Assembly (NCBI RefSeq): GCF_009914755.1
Contig: NC_060929.1
Length of the DNA stretch: 64,000 bases
Reading direction: 5' to 3' (one strand)
From: the human T2T-CHM13v2.0 reference genome, Homo sapiens
Shown: positions 1 to 17,255 of the stretch, piece by piece
Position numbering within the stretch: position 1 is the stretch's first letter
Layout of the letters: every line of letters starts with the position of its first letter
Position numbers and translations under genes: made by a program
The notes under the pieces: model-generated
What the model was told of the DNA's origin: nothing
The model's database searches: none
Seen by the model: the letters and a program-made list of their open reading frames with translations, nothing else

Positions 1-182
1 GATTTATCTAGTTTTTGTGGGGGGCAGACAGGTGAATTAAATGAAAATATGATAGGGATCAGCATCAAGGCATCCTGGAAGTCTTTAAGAGTTGGCACTA
101 ATCTTCTCCATCCCCACCTGAAATGTGAGATACTGCTTTTGGTTTACTCTTTTGTCTGAAGTTTCCAAGACTCTACTTAGCT

Positions 183-341
183 TTCCCCACTATAATAGGT
201 CTTACTTCAGGATCTAAAACTCAATGTAGAAATTACTCTAACTGCCAAGCATGTCTATGCCTTCCTAACTATAATAGCTCTTAACTTCAGGACCTAAAAC
301 TCAATGTAGAGATTACTCTAACTGCCAGGCATGTCTATACC
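183..341. repeat. ~80-bp tandem duplication inside the ERVL pro/pol region
   Basis: ctataatag...tcaatgtaga.attactctaactgcca.gcatgtctat occurs twice; tcaatgtaga sits at 221 and 301. Confidence 0.95.
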
Positions 342-436
342 AAATATAACATTCAGGGACTGGGGACCATCAGCTGTTCCCATGGACCCAGGGTACACAT
401 CATAAGCCAGGATTTGGCCAAGACTAAAGTTTATTA

Positions 437-519
437 TTAGTTTGGTGCAAAAGTAATTGCAGTTTTTGACATTAAAAGTAAAAATGTCAAAAACTGCAAT
501 TACTTTTGCACAAACCTAA
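437..519. mobile_element. MADE1 (Hsmar1-derived MITE)
   Basis: ttag.ttggtgcaaaagtaattgc...gcaattacttttgcac.aacctaa, ~37-bp inverted arms, TA TSD at 435-436 and 520-521. Confidence 0.95.
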
Positions 520-2137
520 TACCTGGCTCCTATATGCTGCTGCTCTAGTAAGGCCAAGATGATACTGTTGGTCTGCAGGTATTAATGTCAACTCAGACCC
601 TGTGTCTGTCTTCTCTGAAGTATCTAAATATTCCCCACTTTCCAGTGTGCAGTCACCTGAGAAAAGGCCTAGATCCCTTTAGGAAAGGATGGGAAGAATC
701 ATTACAGTATATGATTATGGGTTCCTTCCCTCCAGGGATCTGGCCACCTGTCAACAGGTTCCCAGTCTGAAAATTGGCTCAGATCTGGCAATTGAGTGAG
801 GGATCATGATGCTTTTTATTGTGATAACCACTCTTAGTCTCCCCATCCACTCTTGCTTTTTTTGATTATATATGTGAGGCGGTACTCTTGTTGCCTCCCC
901 ATCTGTTTTGCACATAGGGACACTGAACTCTGTTAGCCAACTCTAAAACTTGTTTTGGGTTGAACCCCCTTGACTGTCACTCTGATTTTGCTGGTCATGA
1001 TAATTGTGACTCCCCCTGACTTCTGGCAATAAACCCTGCCCCCTGGCATTTAATGTGCTTCTGGGGCCCATCATTCCCATTCCTTTTGATAAGCCAAGTT
1101 CTGTGATAGTATCTTCTACCGTTACCTCTGACTATCAAAGGTGAACTGGCACTGAACTTTTTAGTGAGGCTAGTGCCTCTCTTACTAGTACATTCCTGAT
1201 GGCCTTAGTGAATGGTGTGTCCTCCAGGCCCTCCCATGGAACATCATTCTTGTGTGGGCTGCTGGCCTCACATAATGTATCTACTCCAGCCTACCCATTT
1301 CCCTGACCCCTTTAAATCTTGTTCTTCACTGTCTGCCTTTAGCAGTTGAGGCATTTCGACTTCACTCAACATGGGCAATTGCTTCTAGTAACCATCCTAA
1401 CCGGAAGTTTGCACCCTCCTCAGGGACCCCGATAGAGTATTAAATCTCATATCCTCAAATTGCCTCCAACTTAATGATGTCACTTTTTTCCAGTCTTATG
1501 TTTCAGCCTTCTTGATCAAACACCCTCAACATCCAGTCCCACATACTCCTCTATTTCCTACCAATATATTCTGACTAATTCTTGCAGCTTCTTTTGGGGG
1601 TATACATTAGGCCTAGCACATTCCCATTTGGGCCATGACTTAATCCTAGATACTGGTCTGACAGTCATGAGAGATAGGGTAGGTTTCCAAGAAGGCCCTC
1701 TGTTGCCTTATTCAGGAACTATCTACTTTTGAGTACTAGCTTTCAGTAAGAAAGGTAGGCAGCCTCTGCAGACTGAGTATTCAGAGGAGATTTGACAGCC
1801 AAAATGTTTGGGGGTATCCCCCTAGCTGTCCTCATCCTGTATGCCAGAGTCCCAAGTTTTCCAACTAACAACCTAACCTTGGCTTCAATTGTATTTTAAT
1901 CTTCTTGACTGTTAAGTCCTGAGTTTGGTGTTCCAGCTTTTTTCTGTTTTCCCAGGACAAAAAGATAAGGGCCTCTTTGTAAGCTACTAAAGAAGCTGTC
2001 TGGCCTACACAGTAAGTTTTCACTTGTTTGTTAACAAGCTCTCAGATTTTCATTAACGTTTTGTAGGCCTTAATGTAATTTTATAATAGCTGGCCAATTC
2101 CATTGTTCTTGTAGATATTATCACACACACACACTGA

Positions 2138-2499
<362 letters not shown>

Positions 2500-2632
2500 A
2501 CTCCTGTAAGTTTTAATGACTGAGCCACCACGTTCTTCCAGGAACTATCCATGCTCCAGCAATCACATATCCCATTAACAGTGGGACAGTTCTGATCTAA
2601 CCCCAAGCCCCATCTATCCGTTTGTTTGAGTT

Positions 2633-3478
2633 TGTGGTATAATATGAAATAATTTGGTCTTTGTCTCCAGTTCCTGTCACAGAGCTAAAACCCTTGGAAT
2701 TTCCTTGTTATTCATAATATCCCTCTCTTGATCACATCTGAGTTTATGCTAATGAGATAATTTAGGGTGGGGCCCCTAAATAGCCTCAGGATCAGGCCAG
2801 TTGCCAGAAAAACCAGGTGATTACAGGATGAGAGGATTGGAACTTTTAACTACACCCAACAACCTCCAGGAAAGGGAGTGGGGCTGGATGGATGTCAAGC
2901 TCTATAAAAACTCGGACAACATGATTTGATGAACTTCCGGGTTGCTGAAGATACAGAGATGTTGGGAGGCTAGCACACCCAGAGACAGCATGGCCGCTCT
3001 GTGCCTGCTTTCCTCCCCTTACCTCATCCTATCTATCTTCATCTGTCTGTTCATGTTTATCCTTTATAATATCCTTCATAATAAACCAGCAAATATAAGT
3101 TGTTTACCTGAGTTCGGTGAGCCAACCTAGCAAATTAATTAAATGCTGGAAGAAGGTTGTGGGAACCCTGATTTGTAGCAGGTCAGAGTATAGGTGACAA
3201 CCTAATACTTAAATCTGAAGTGAAGGCAATCTTGTGGGGCTGAACCCTCAAACTGTGGGATCTGACATTATCTCCAGGTAAATTGCCAGGTGGATTACAC
3301 TAGTCCAGGTAGATAGTGTCAGAATTGAATTCAATTATATAATACCCATTTGGTGTCCAGTGGAGAATTGCTTAGTTTTGGGAATAGCCCCCCACACATC
3401 TGTTCACAGAAGTGTTCTGTGTTTAGTGTGAGAGTGGGATTGTGGGAAACAGAATGTGTTTTTTTTTCTTTTTTTACA
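2633..3478 (+). mobile_element. MER21-family solo LTR
   Basis: TG...CA ends; ttggtctttgtc..cagttcctg..acagagctaaaacccttggaatttcc and tccaggtagatagtgtcagaattgaatt resemble MER21. Confidence 0.75.
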
Positions 3479-4106
<628 letters not shown>

Positions 4107-4119
4107 AATCCTTATACCA

Positions 4120-4818
4120 ACTGGTTCACTTTGGATGTTCCAGGAAGGAGAATATAACATTAACTCAGGAGTACAAGAATACTGGAAAAATGATGGGGAA
4201 AAAAAGACACAGACTGTGGTGTAGATCTAAAAATCAGGCTGGGTTGGATGGTTCATGCCTGTAATCCCAGTATTTTGGGAGGCCGAGGCAGGTGGATCAC
4301 TTGAGGTCAGGAGTTCGATACCAGTCTGGCCAACATGGTGAAACCCTGTCTCTACTAAAAAATACAAAAATTAGCCAGGTGTGGTGGCTCATGCCTGTAA
4401 TCCCAGCTACTCGGGAGTCTGAGGCATGAGAATCACCTGAGCCTGGGAGTCAGAGGTTGCAGTGAGCCGAGATTGTGCCACTGCATTTCAGTCTGGGCAA
4501 CAGAGCGAGACTCTAAAACAAATAAATAAGTAAATATCTAGCAAAATCTCAGCTAACCCATTGTGGAACTCTGGGGAAAATATCGCTTGTTAGGGAAATT
4601 CAACATTGGACAGAAATGACTAGACCCTCATACCATTGCCATGTTCAGTCATTGGCTGAGGGCTGCCAGAGAAGACGTTGCCTCAACTGGTATGCTGTGG
4701 TAGATCTTGACAGTGCTGCAGATGGAGGCAGTTAGCTTAATGGTATTCATTGCAGCTGAATGGCAAGTTCTATCTAAAAGGGAGATGTTAGTGGTGTACC
4801 TCCTATGACTGCCCCACT
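4120..4818 (-). mobile_element. LTR16-family LTR, probably the 5' LTR of the ERVL at 1-2615, split by an Alu
   Basis: Reverse complement starts gtggggcagtcataggaggtacaccactaacatctcccttt..agaacttgccattcagctgc, which is LTR16-like. Confidence 0.65.
4237..4530 (+). mobile_element. AluS
   Basis: Full dimer with A tail. Confidence 0.9.
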
Positions 4819-4984
4819 GATCTAACCTGAGAAGGTTCAGGAGGTGCCTGCAACTAGTAGTCTAAGCATTTGATGAGGAAGGAGAGTAAGGCCAAAACAA
4901 GGCAGGTTGGTTGAAAGCTGATGACGGAGCAGTTATCCCATTAGATATCCCCAACTCTTGTCACTAGGCAAAGGCCAGTTGAAA

Positions 4985-5465
4985 ACTGGTTTTATCAGTA
5001 CACATCCACACCTATTCATTTACATATTGCCTATGGCTCCTTTTTATTTTTTCATTTACATATTATCTATACCTCCTTTTTTTATTTTTATTTTTTTCTT
5101 TCTGAGATAGGGTCTTGTTTTGTCACCCATGCTGGAGTGCGGTGGTGCCATCACGGCTCACTACACTCTTGACCTTCTGGGCTCAAACTATCCTCCTACC
5201 TCAGCTTCCCGAGTAGCTGGGACCACAGGCGCACGCCACCACTCCCGGCTAATTTTTGTATTTTTCTGTAGAGATGGGGTTTTGCCATGTTGCCCAGGAT
5301 GGTCTTGAACTCCTGAGGTCAACCAATCCACCCACCTCGGCCTCCCAAATTGCTGGGATTAGAGGCATGAGCTACTGCACCCAGCCTGGCTCCTTTTTTT
5401 ACTATGATGCAGTGTTGAGCAAATGCGAAAATATTTACTGCTTAGTCTTTTCCAGAAAAGCTTGC
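4985..5465 (+). mobile_element. MER58A-like hAT element interrupted by AluJ (5075-5390, minus)
   Basis: ccacacctattcatttacatattgcctatggct ... aaaatatttact...tttccagaaaag. Confidence 0.7.
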
Positions 5466-5472
5466 TGAAAAG

Positions 5473-5730
5473 TTTGCTGATTCTCAATCTATGCTATTGG
5501 GGTTATTTACATCTATGCATTGAGGTTATTTGTATCTATTGTATCTCCATGGTAGAATTACTATATAATGGTGTGCTGCTGCTTATCTCTTCCCAACTGC
5601 ATTCAGAGGAATCATGTTGGTAGCTTGAAATTGGCTGTAATGGGGGAATTTTACCACAGAAGTTAGCAAATGCTACAATTCGGGACTTTTTCTTTTTGGA
5701 CAGCTGATTGTTAAACATTGACCTGCAGCA
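5473..5730 (+). mobile_element. MER63-type hAT element fragment
   Basis: tactatataatggtgtgct...tctcttcccaact...gttggtagcttgaaattggc...gcaaatgctaca...ttgttaaacatt. Confidence 0.7.
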
Positions 5731-5745
5731 TTTTTCGCTACAGGG

Positions 5746-6418
<673 letters not shown>

Positions 6419-6497
6419 GAGTAAGTGACCTGAGAAAGTGTCAAAAGTTCCTGCAGAAGAAATCGATTGAAATTACTTCCAAAGAGCTTTGGTATAG

Positions 6498-6670
6498 GGC
6501 CAGGAATAGTGGCTCATGCCTATAATTTCAGCACTTTGGGAGGCTGCGATGGCAGGATCACTTAATGCCAGAAGTTCAAGACCAGCCTGGGCAACATAGT
6601 AAGACCCTGTCTCTAATGTCAATTTAAAAAACAAATACACACAACAACAACAACAACAACAAACAAAAAA
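6498..6670 (+). mobile_element. FLAM/Alu left monomer with (CAA)n tail
   Basis: Monomer sequence followed by caa repeats. Confidence 0.8.
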
Positions 6671-6678
6671 TGGCTTTG

Positions 6679-6911
6679 AATATTTACTGCATGGTCTTTT
6701 CCAGAAAAATTTGCACCTCACAGAAGTTTGCTAATTTCTGTGGTAAAAATTCCCCCACTACAGCCAGTTTCAGGCTACCAACATGATTTCTCTGGATGCA
6801 GTTGAGGATAAGCAGCAGCACACCATTATGTAGTAATCCCACCACAGGGATACAGTAGATACAATGCACAGATGTAAATAACCCCAAGAGCATAGATCAA
6901 GAGTCAGCAAA
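6679..6911. repeat. Partly inverted local duplicate of 5430-5670
   Basis: ~35 bp direct copy, then ~185 bp reverse complement of 5473-5670. Confidence 0.9.
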
Positions 6912-7238
6912 TATACCTGATTCTTTTTACCCCAACTGCATTTTGATGACATTTAATAAATTTGTTGAGCACTCTAGGTACCATGCAAGCCTTTTGGACT
7001 CTGTAAAGACCAGTTCCCCTAGGCAATAATCTTCAAGACTCTAGAATTAGGGTTATATAAAGGCAGTACAGCTTTGTTCCCTCCCACCTGTACCCTGCCT
7101 TTTGTTGGCCTCATTCCTAAGGTAAAGTGATAGCTAGGTAAAAAGCAGAAGATACATACAGCTAATGACAGTCTAAGGGAGAATTTCAGGAAGGATCCAG
7201 TAGGCCAGGTGAGTGACACCTGAGCTACTTTGTGTTTA

Positions 7239-7607
<369 letters not shown>

Positions 7608-7748
7608 CTAGGTAGTATAATCTTTGGCCTTAAAAGTTCTCTGTGACTTGACCTAGGGTGTTTTTAACATGGAAAAGAGCAAACTTATTGGGAAACTAAA
7701 TAGTCCCAAGACTTCAGGAGAATAAAATAATCCCAGTGACCTTTTATG

Positions 7749-8089
7749 CTGTTGTGGTGTGAATATCGCACCCCGAATTAATATTTGAAATTTATTAGCC
7801 AATGTGGTAATATAAAATGTGGGGCTGTTCGAAGGTGATTAAGGCCATAAAAGGGGTTACGGAAGTGGATTTTCTCTCTCCCACTCTTTTGCCATGCAAG
7901 GACACAGCATCCATTCCCTTTTTTACCTTTCTGCCTTCTGCCATGTGAGAAGGCCCTCACCAGACATCAAATGCCAGTGCCTTGATCTCAGACTTTCCAG
8001 CCTTCAGAACTGTGAGGAATAAATTTCTATTTTGTATAAATTACCCAGTCTGTGTTATTTTGTTACAGCAACACAAATGGACTAAGACA
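7749..8089 (+). mobile_element. MST/MLT1A-type MaLR solo LTR
   Basis: gaaggccctcaccagac...ttccagccttcagaactgtgaggaataaatttct...aaatggactaagaca. Confidence 0.8.
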
Positions 8090-8466
8090 TATACCATTAG
8101 CACTTTTGGAACATGATTTACTTTACTGGCACGGTACATATATAAAATAAACTCTTTTATCCTTTTGAAAATCAATAAATATGCATTGAATGCCTATGTG
8201 TTTATGTAGGTGTACACAGGCTATAATAGGAGAGCTCTAAGATATTTAAACATTTATTCTCACATCATTAGTTACTTGATAGAGAGTATAAAGGGCAGAA
8301 AGACTTGAAGTAGTGGGAGCATAGCCACTGCTGATTAAAGACAAAAAATAAGAAAGTAGACAATTATTTGTCAGTTAAAAGTAAAATAAAATTTTAAAAA
8401 ATTAAGAAAATATATATGTGAAGTTCTATGTCCTTAAAAGGTCAGCTTACATGTAACTTTTCTGGA

Positions 8467-8610
8467 ACAAATATATTTACTGAAGTTATATATATATATT
8501 TATATATATAAATATTTACTGAATTATATATATATTTACTGAACATATATATTTACTGAACAAATATATTTACTGAAGTAATATAATATATATATTATAT
8601 TATATATATA
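8467..8610. repeat. AT-rich minisatellite: (atatttactgaa) x5 embedded in (TA)n
   Basis: Directly visible repeated unit. Confidence 0.9.
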
Positions 8611-8672
8611 AAGGTATACTTTAATTTAGCACTACTGATATATGAAATTCCACATTTATAAAGTATACAAAC

Positions 8673-9106
8673 TGTATTAGGGTTCTCTAGAGAGACAGAA
8701 CTAATAGGATATATATATGGGAATTTATTAAGTATTAACTCACATGATCACAAGGTCCCACAATAGGCCATCTGCAGGCTGAGGATCAAGGAGATGCAGT
8801 CCGAGTCCCAAAACTGAAGAACGTGGAGTCCCATGTTCGAGGGCAGGAAAGATCCAGCATGGGAGAAAGATGTAGGCTGGGAGGGTAGCCAGTCTCGTCT
8901 TTTCACATTTTTCTTTCTGCTTTTTTATTCTAGTCCCACTGGCAGCCGATTAGATGGTGCCCACCCAGATTAAGAATGGGTCTGCCTTTCCCAGCCCCGG
9001 GACTCAAATGTTAATCTCCTTTGGCAACACCCTCACAGACACACACAGGATCAATACTTTGTATCCTTCAACCCAATCAAGTTGACACTCAGTATTAACT
9101 ATCACA
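8673..9106 (-). mobile_element. MLT2A solo LTR (HERV-L)
   Basis: tgtattagggttctctagag...gttgacactcagtattaactatcaca; 5-bp TSD caaac at 8668-8672 and 9107-9111. Confidence 0.9.
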
Positions 9107-9454
9107 CAAACTGAAGTGGATCATTTGGCTTTCCAAATGGTTATGCTGTGAGATTAATCATGTATTTCACAAATTGAACACCAGTAATATTCAAAAATAT
9201 TTTGCAACCAAACACACTTTATGACATCATTAAATGATTCTTTAATTTCACAAAGAAAACACAAATTCAGCACCCCCAAAATGAAAATTATGTATACAAT
9301 AAAGCATAATGTAAATGTTATATAATGATATGACATATAACTTTATTAATACTGAGTTACACCATGTTGTGTAGTGAGTACTAGAATATGTATTTGAATA
9401 CAATACTTAGCTAAGCATCTTTATTTCTTGACATACTTTGACTTTAGACATTTT

Positions 9455-9615
9455 ATTTTATTATATTTTTTTTAAGACACAGGACCTCACTCTGTCCCCC
9501 AGGCTGGAGTGCAGTGGTATGATCATAGCTTACTGCAGCCTTGAACTCCTGGGCTCAAGCAATCTTTCTGCCTTGGCCTCCCAAAGGGATTACAGGCTGA
9601 ACCACCGCATGTGGT
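9455..9615 (-). mobile_element. Partial AluJ
   Basis: Internally deleted Alu. Confidence 0.75.
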
Positions 9616-9647
9616 GTATTTTATTTTTTTAAATATATTTTTCTAGC

Positions 9648-10362
9648 CCCTTTCGCAGTAACCGGGACCTACCCTTAGGTGAGGCACAGATGGACACGCA
9701 GAGTCAACACACTAGTGGTCCCAAGCTGGGTCGGAAAACCTGTGTGATCACAGGGAGACCCTTTGAGAAGTCCCCCTTCAACCAAGAGCTAAAACTGATA
9801 GGCAAGTATGGCCTCCAGAGCAAACGTGACATCTGAAGGGTTAAATTTACCCTGGACAAGATCTGCAGGGCTGCCCAGGAGCTGCTGATGCTTGTTGAGA
9901 AGGACCCATGGCATCTGTTTGAAGGCAGTGCCCTGCTGTGGTGACTTATTCACATCAGAGTGCGGTACAGGGGCAGAATGAAACTAGATTGCATCCTAGG
10001 CCTGAAGATTGAGGCTTTCTTGCAGAGATGACTGCAGACCCAGCTCTTCAAGCCAGGAGTGACCAAGTCCAGTCATCATGCCCCTGTGCTGATCCACTAG
10101 CACCATATCTAGGTCTGCAGGTGGTGAACATCCTGTCTGTCCTTCATTGACTGCCTGGACTCCCAGAAGCACGGCAATTTCTCTCTTTGTTCTTTGTTTG
10201 GCAGTGGTCGCCTGGGCCTCCTGAAGAGAAGAATTCCAAGAAGGGCCAGGGTGGGGCTGGAGTGCCCCTGGAGATAACCAAGAGGAGGGTTAAGCACACC
10301 CATCCCCTCCTGGGGTGGTGGATTGTCTAGTTTTCCAGTCAGATAATGGGATCAACACTTTG
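9648..10362 (+). pseudogene. RPS9: Processed pseudogene of ribosomal protein S9 (uS4)
   Basis: Intronless and colinear with RPS9 mRNA: [56 protein letters not shown]. Start ATG mutated to ACA (9709-9711), several stops and frameshifts, TAA at 10291-10293, 3'UTR-like ggattgtct.gttttcc, and ttctag at both flanks as a possible TSD remnant. Confidence 0.93.
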
Positions 10363-10591
10363 AAAACAAGGATTCTAGGGATGATGCTTCTCTATTTTCC
10401 ATTGATATTATGGAAAAATGTTTTTGAATGTACATACTTTTATATTCCATTAATAAGTACAATCATCTACCCAAATCATTTTTTTCCTGCAATTTCAGTA
10501 ACTGAATTTGAGGTAAGTAAAAATGCTTTGTTTTCTTTCAAACATGCACAATCTACTTTCAAAAATTCTGCAAGCATGAAAAAGAGGAGCA

Positions 10592-12233
<1,642 letters not shown>

Positions 12234-13374
12234 CACTTCTAAAACATATACCATTTACTAAGAAATCTGTTAAATGTTCAGGTGGTTTTGCACAGTTTTC
12301 TAGGCAGAATATTTAAACCATATGTTCAGTAATAGGCACATTTCTCCTTTGGACAATATGGAATCACTTTCCATAAAGTATTTTCAAAAAATATTCATGT
12401 ATTTTTTAGCAATGGAACTATTTTTAAAACAAAAATTTGCTTAGAATCTTAGGAAGTCAAAGAGGTAAACATAGCAATGCTAGAGTTGAAGCTTGGTTGG
12501 GATGCAGAGGCTCTTCCACTCAGCCATCCATCCATTATCCTAGAAGCCCTGTAGGATTCACCAAGAATCCTGGGTCCTTCAGAAATCGAGTTTAGGAACT
12601 GGTATAAGGAACAAGCACCAGGTAAGAATCTGAAAGCTTTGTTCTGAGTTTGAGACTTGCAGCTGGTCATTAACTTTCTCTGGTTTTTGGTTCCGTGATT
12701 GGTATAGTGGAGGTATAAGATGTAGATGATCTCTGAGGTATCCTCCAGCTCTAAAACTTTATGATTTCAAGTGCTACTGTTGATAAATTACTCCACATCT
12801 GTCCAATCAATGCCAGAGATTTAATCTAAGTTCATGAGCAAGCCAGGCTGTGCCAAAGAGGAAATAGTTCTTGACTCTGTATTTGGCATTGTTTTTAACA
12901 CTAGAAGCAAATTTCATTTTTCATATTGGCTACGTTCATCCCTGATCATGAACCAATAATTATTTCAACATTGCCTAGTTTATCTGACACAAATAAGGAA
13001 TGTTCATGTTGTTACATATTTGAAAACTCTGACTTCTAGTTCATGAATATCAAGTTGAATAGAAACTTGGCACATAGTAGGCATTCAATAAATAGTTGTT
13101 CCTTATGACTATGCTAAAAACCACTGAATTGTATACTTTAAAAGAGCGTATTTTATGGTACATGAATTGTATCTGTTTTTTTAAGTTGTTAAGTGAATGA
13201 ATTAAATAGTTATATTTCTGGATGTAGACGTAAGGGAATTTGTTGCAGTTTTAAAATCCTAATTTCTGGTGCTCAGAATAAAACAACAGCAACAACGAAA
13301 ACCAAATTAAAAAAAAATTAAAAAAGAACAAAAGAAGCTGCCACTTGTTGTCAGGAGACATTAAGGATATTGGG

Positions 13375-13779
13375 GCTGGACACAGTGGCTCACACCTGTA
13401 ATCCCAGCACTTTGGGAGGCCAAGGTGGGAAGATTGCTTGAGCCCAGGAGTTCAAGATGAGCCTGGGCAATAGAGTGACACTCTGTTTATATAAAAAGAA
13501 ACAAGGTCTCACTTTGTCACCCAGGCCGGAGAGCAGTGGTGCAAACACAGCTCACTGCAGCCTTGACCTCCCAGGCTCAAGGGATCCTCCTGCCTCAGTT
13601 ACCCAAGTAGCTGGGACTACAGGCCCATACTACCACACCCAGCTAAATTTTGTATTTTTTGTAGAGATGGGTATTTGTCATGTTGCCCAGGCTGGTCTTG
13701 AACCCCTGGGCTCAAGAAATCTGCCCATCTCAGCCTCCCAAAGTGCGAGGATTACAGGCATGAGCCACTGCACCTGGCC
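13375..13779. mobile_element. Tail-to-tail FLAM (+, 13375-13497) and AluJ (-, 13498-13779)
   Basis: Opposite-orientation Alus with no spacer. Confidence 0.85.
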
Positions 13780-13912
13780 ACATTCCTAAAGTTTTTAAGA
13801 TTTTGGCAAGCATGTTACATAATAGAATTTTCCTTGCTGCGTTTTCAGAGGCAAAATAGTGACTAGATCAACTTCACTCATAAATTTCTATGGCATTTTA
13901 TAATGTTTTTAT

Positions 13913-14215
<303 letters not shown>

Positions 14216-14357
14216 TTATGCTTTGTAAGTATTACATTCAATGCCATGAATTCACGATGCCTAATATGTTGCCTATTATTCCCTTGGGTCAATTTCTTAA
14301 TGCGGTGAGAGCCATGGGCTTACACATTAACTGTAAACATTTACAATGTTTGGAATC

Positions 14358-14640
14358 GGCTTGCACCTGTAATCTCAGATACTGGGAGGCTGAGGCAGGA
14401 GGCTTGCTTGAACCCAAGAGTTCTAGGCCAGCCTTAGCAACATACCAAGACCCTGCCTCTATAAAAAAAAAAGTATCAATTAGTCAGGTGGGTGGCAGCA
14501 CGTGCACGTATTCCAAGGCGCTTGGGAGGCTGAGGCAGGAGGATCATTTGGGCCTAGGAGTTCAAGCCTGCAGTAACCTATAATCATGCCACTGCACTCC
14601 AGCCCGGGTAAGAGTGAAACCCTCATCTCTCTAAAAAAAG
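14358..14640 (+). mobile_element. AluJ
   Basis: Diverged dimer. Confidence 0.8.
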
Positions 14641-14825
14641 AAATTACAATGTTCAATCAAATGTACATAAACATAGTATTTTTATATACTTCCTTCTTTC
14701 TGAGTAAATGAATATTTGTTGGGGGAGAGCTTATAAATTAGTTTAAAATAAAAACTCTTTATATTTGGTTTATTTCTTATCTTTACTATATTATTAATAA
14801 GAGGGCAGCCATAGACTATTTTTAA

Positions 14826-15218
<393 letters not shown>

Positions 15219-15632
15219 AGTACATACTATTTAAACTCTGCTGACACATCATTTATACCTCTGATATAACCCTTAGAACGTGGAGGGTCCTAAGTAACTG
15301 TCTAACCGTCTCATTTTATAGATAAGAAAAGTAAAGCCTGAAAAGCTTACATGACATGTCCAACACTACCTAGCCACTTGATGGCAGAGTTTATGCTTCA
15401 GAATTACCTAGAAATTCAAAAGATAATTCAAAAATCATTTACATTATCAAATTCCCAAACAAACCTGATGACTTTTCCTGCTCCTATATCCTAATTCTCA
15501 TTTGCTGTTTTTCTCCTCTTGATATGTTAATATTTGCATACATCTTAATTATTTACAGAGTATTTGAGATAACCCAGCAGCATATTGCATAAAACTCTTA
15601 GGTTTGCTTTGTACTATAGTAATACGTTTAGG

Positions 15633-15969
<337 letters not shown>

Positions 15970-16371
15970 TAAAAGTCATTATTTACAGCACGTTATAATG
16001 ACATCTATACGTCTGTTAAAAATTATTCTTTATATAGGCTTTGAACATTTCTGACAAAAACTGTATTTGTGTTTGTTCTCAATATTGTAGTACTCACTTT
16101 AATGCTATAACCTGAGGAAACTGAAGATCAGAAGCATGAGGAGAGACATTTTTATGTACTTGTTTCTCTTAGTTAAAAGATGAGTTCCCTCAACCTTGGT
16201 TTTCCCACGCAGGTTTGTCTCTGCCTCAGAGATGAATTGAAGAATTATTCTCACCAGCAGCAGGTGTAGTTAGTCAGTTTACCAACATATTTGTTATATC
16301 ACGAGAATACTTTGGTCGTCAGTAATCATTTTTTATGATCCACTTACTGACCAACCAGAGATTCACTAAAT

Positions 16372-16382
16372 ACACACACATG

Positions 16383-16408
<26 letters not shown>
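16372..16408. repeat. (CA)n microsatellite
   Basis: Directly visible. Confidence 0.95.
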
Positions 16409-16414
<6 letters not shown>

Positions 16415-16432
16415 GCTACAAATCAGGTTCTA

Positions 16433-16860
16433 TGGTGGATGATGAGGTATGACCCCCACCGCACCCCCCAATTCTAGCCCCTTAAGGACTAAGACACTTA
16501 GCGCCCGTTTGCCCAGAGTGTTGGCTGCTGACTGCTGGCAGCTACATTCTTCTTGTGAAATTGTTCTTTACATAAAGAAGCTGCTTCACCTAAGTTTACA
16601 CCCCCACTATCAATGTGGGAATACAAAGGCCTGGACCCTTGGCTTTAATTTAGAACTTCTCTGAAGGGGCTTCAGAGCTCCCGTGGGTCAACTGAGGCCT
16701 CTGTTGTAACTTCATCACAGTTCAATTTCTCCCTCTCTAATCCTACTTCCTTACCTCTCACAGATCATGTTCCTGAGAGAAACCCTCCTTTCCACAACAA
16801 ACCTCCTACATGCGCACCTCAGAATCTCAGTCTATTTCCTGGGATCCCAACTTGCAGCTG
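16433..16860 (+). mobile_element. LTR16C-like solo LTR
   Basis: cagagctcccgtgggtcaactgaggcctctgttg...aaacctcct.catgc...ctcagtctatttcctggga. Confidence 0.7.
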
Positions 16861-17127
16861 CTTACAAATATGTGTGTGTGGAAATGGAAGGAGAAAAAAG
16901 AAGAAGTTTGAATGAGTTGATTAATTTTGCCTATCACATGTGGCATAATCATGGGAGAAAGGCCAGGAAAACAAGGCTTGGATATTAAATTCATTTTCTT
17001 ATATAATACTACTGGTTCTATTTTTTCTATAGTCCTTACATTGGATTATCATTTAATTACCTCTGAATGTTAGACTACCTCATCCTTCCATTCTTTACCC
17101 ACTTTTCTCTCTATAATTGCATAAAGA

Positions 17128-17255
17128 GGCCAGATGTGGTGGTGTACATCTGTAATCCCAGCGCTTTGGGAGGCTGACATGGGAGGATCAGTTGAGGCCA
17201 GGAGTCTGAGACAAGCCTGGGCAATATAGCGAGATCCAGTCTCTTAAAAAAAAAT
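17128..17255 (+). mobile_element. FLAM
   Basis: Alu left monomer with A tail. Confidence 0.8.

Noticed and set aside
8467-8610. CRISPR-like repeat-spacer array
   Set aside because: Eukaryotic low-complexity minisatellite; the spacers are just (TA)n and there are no cas genes.
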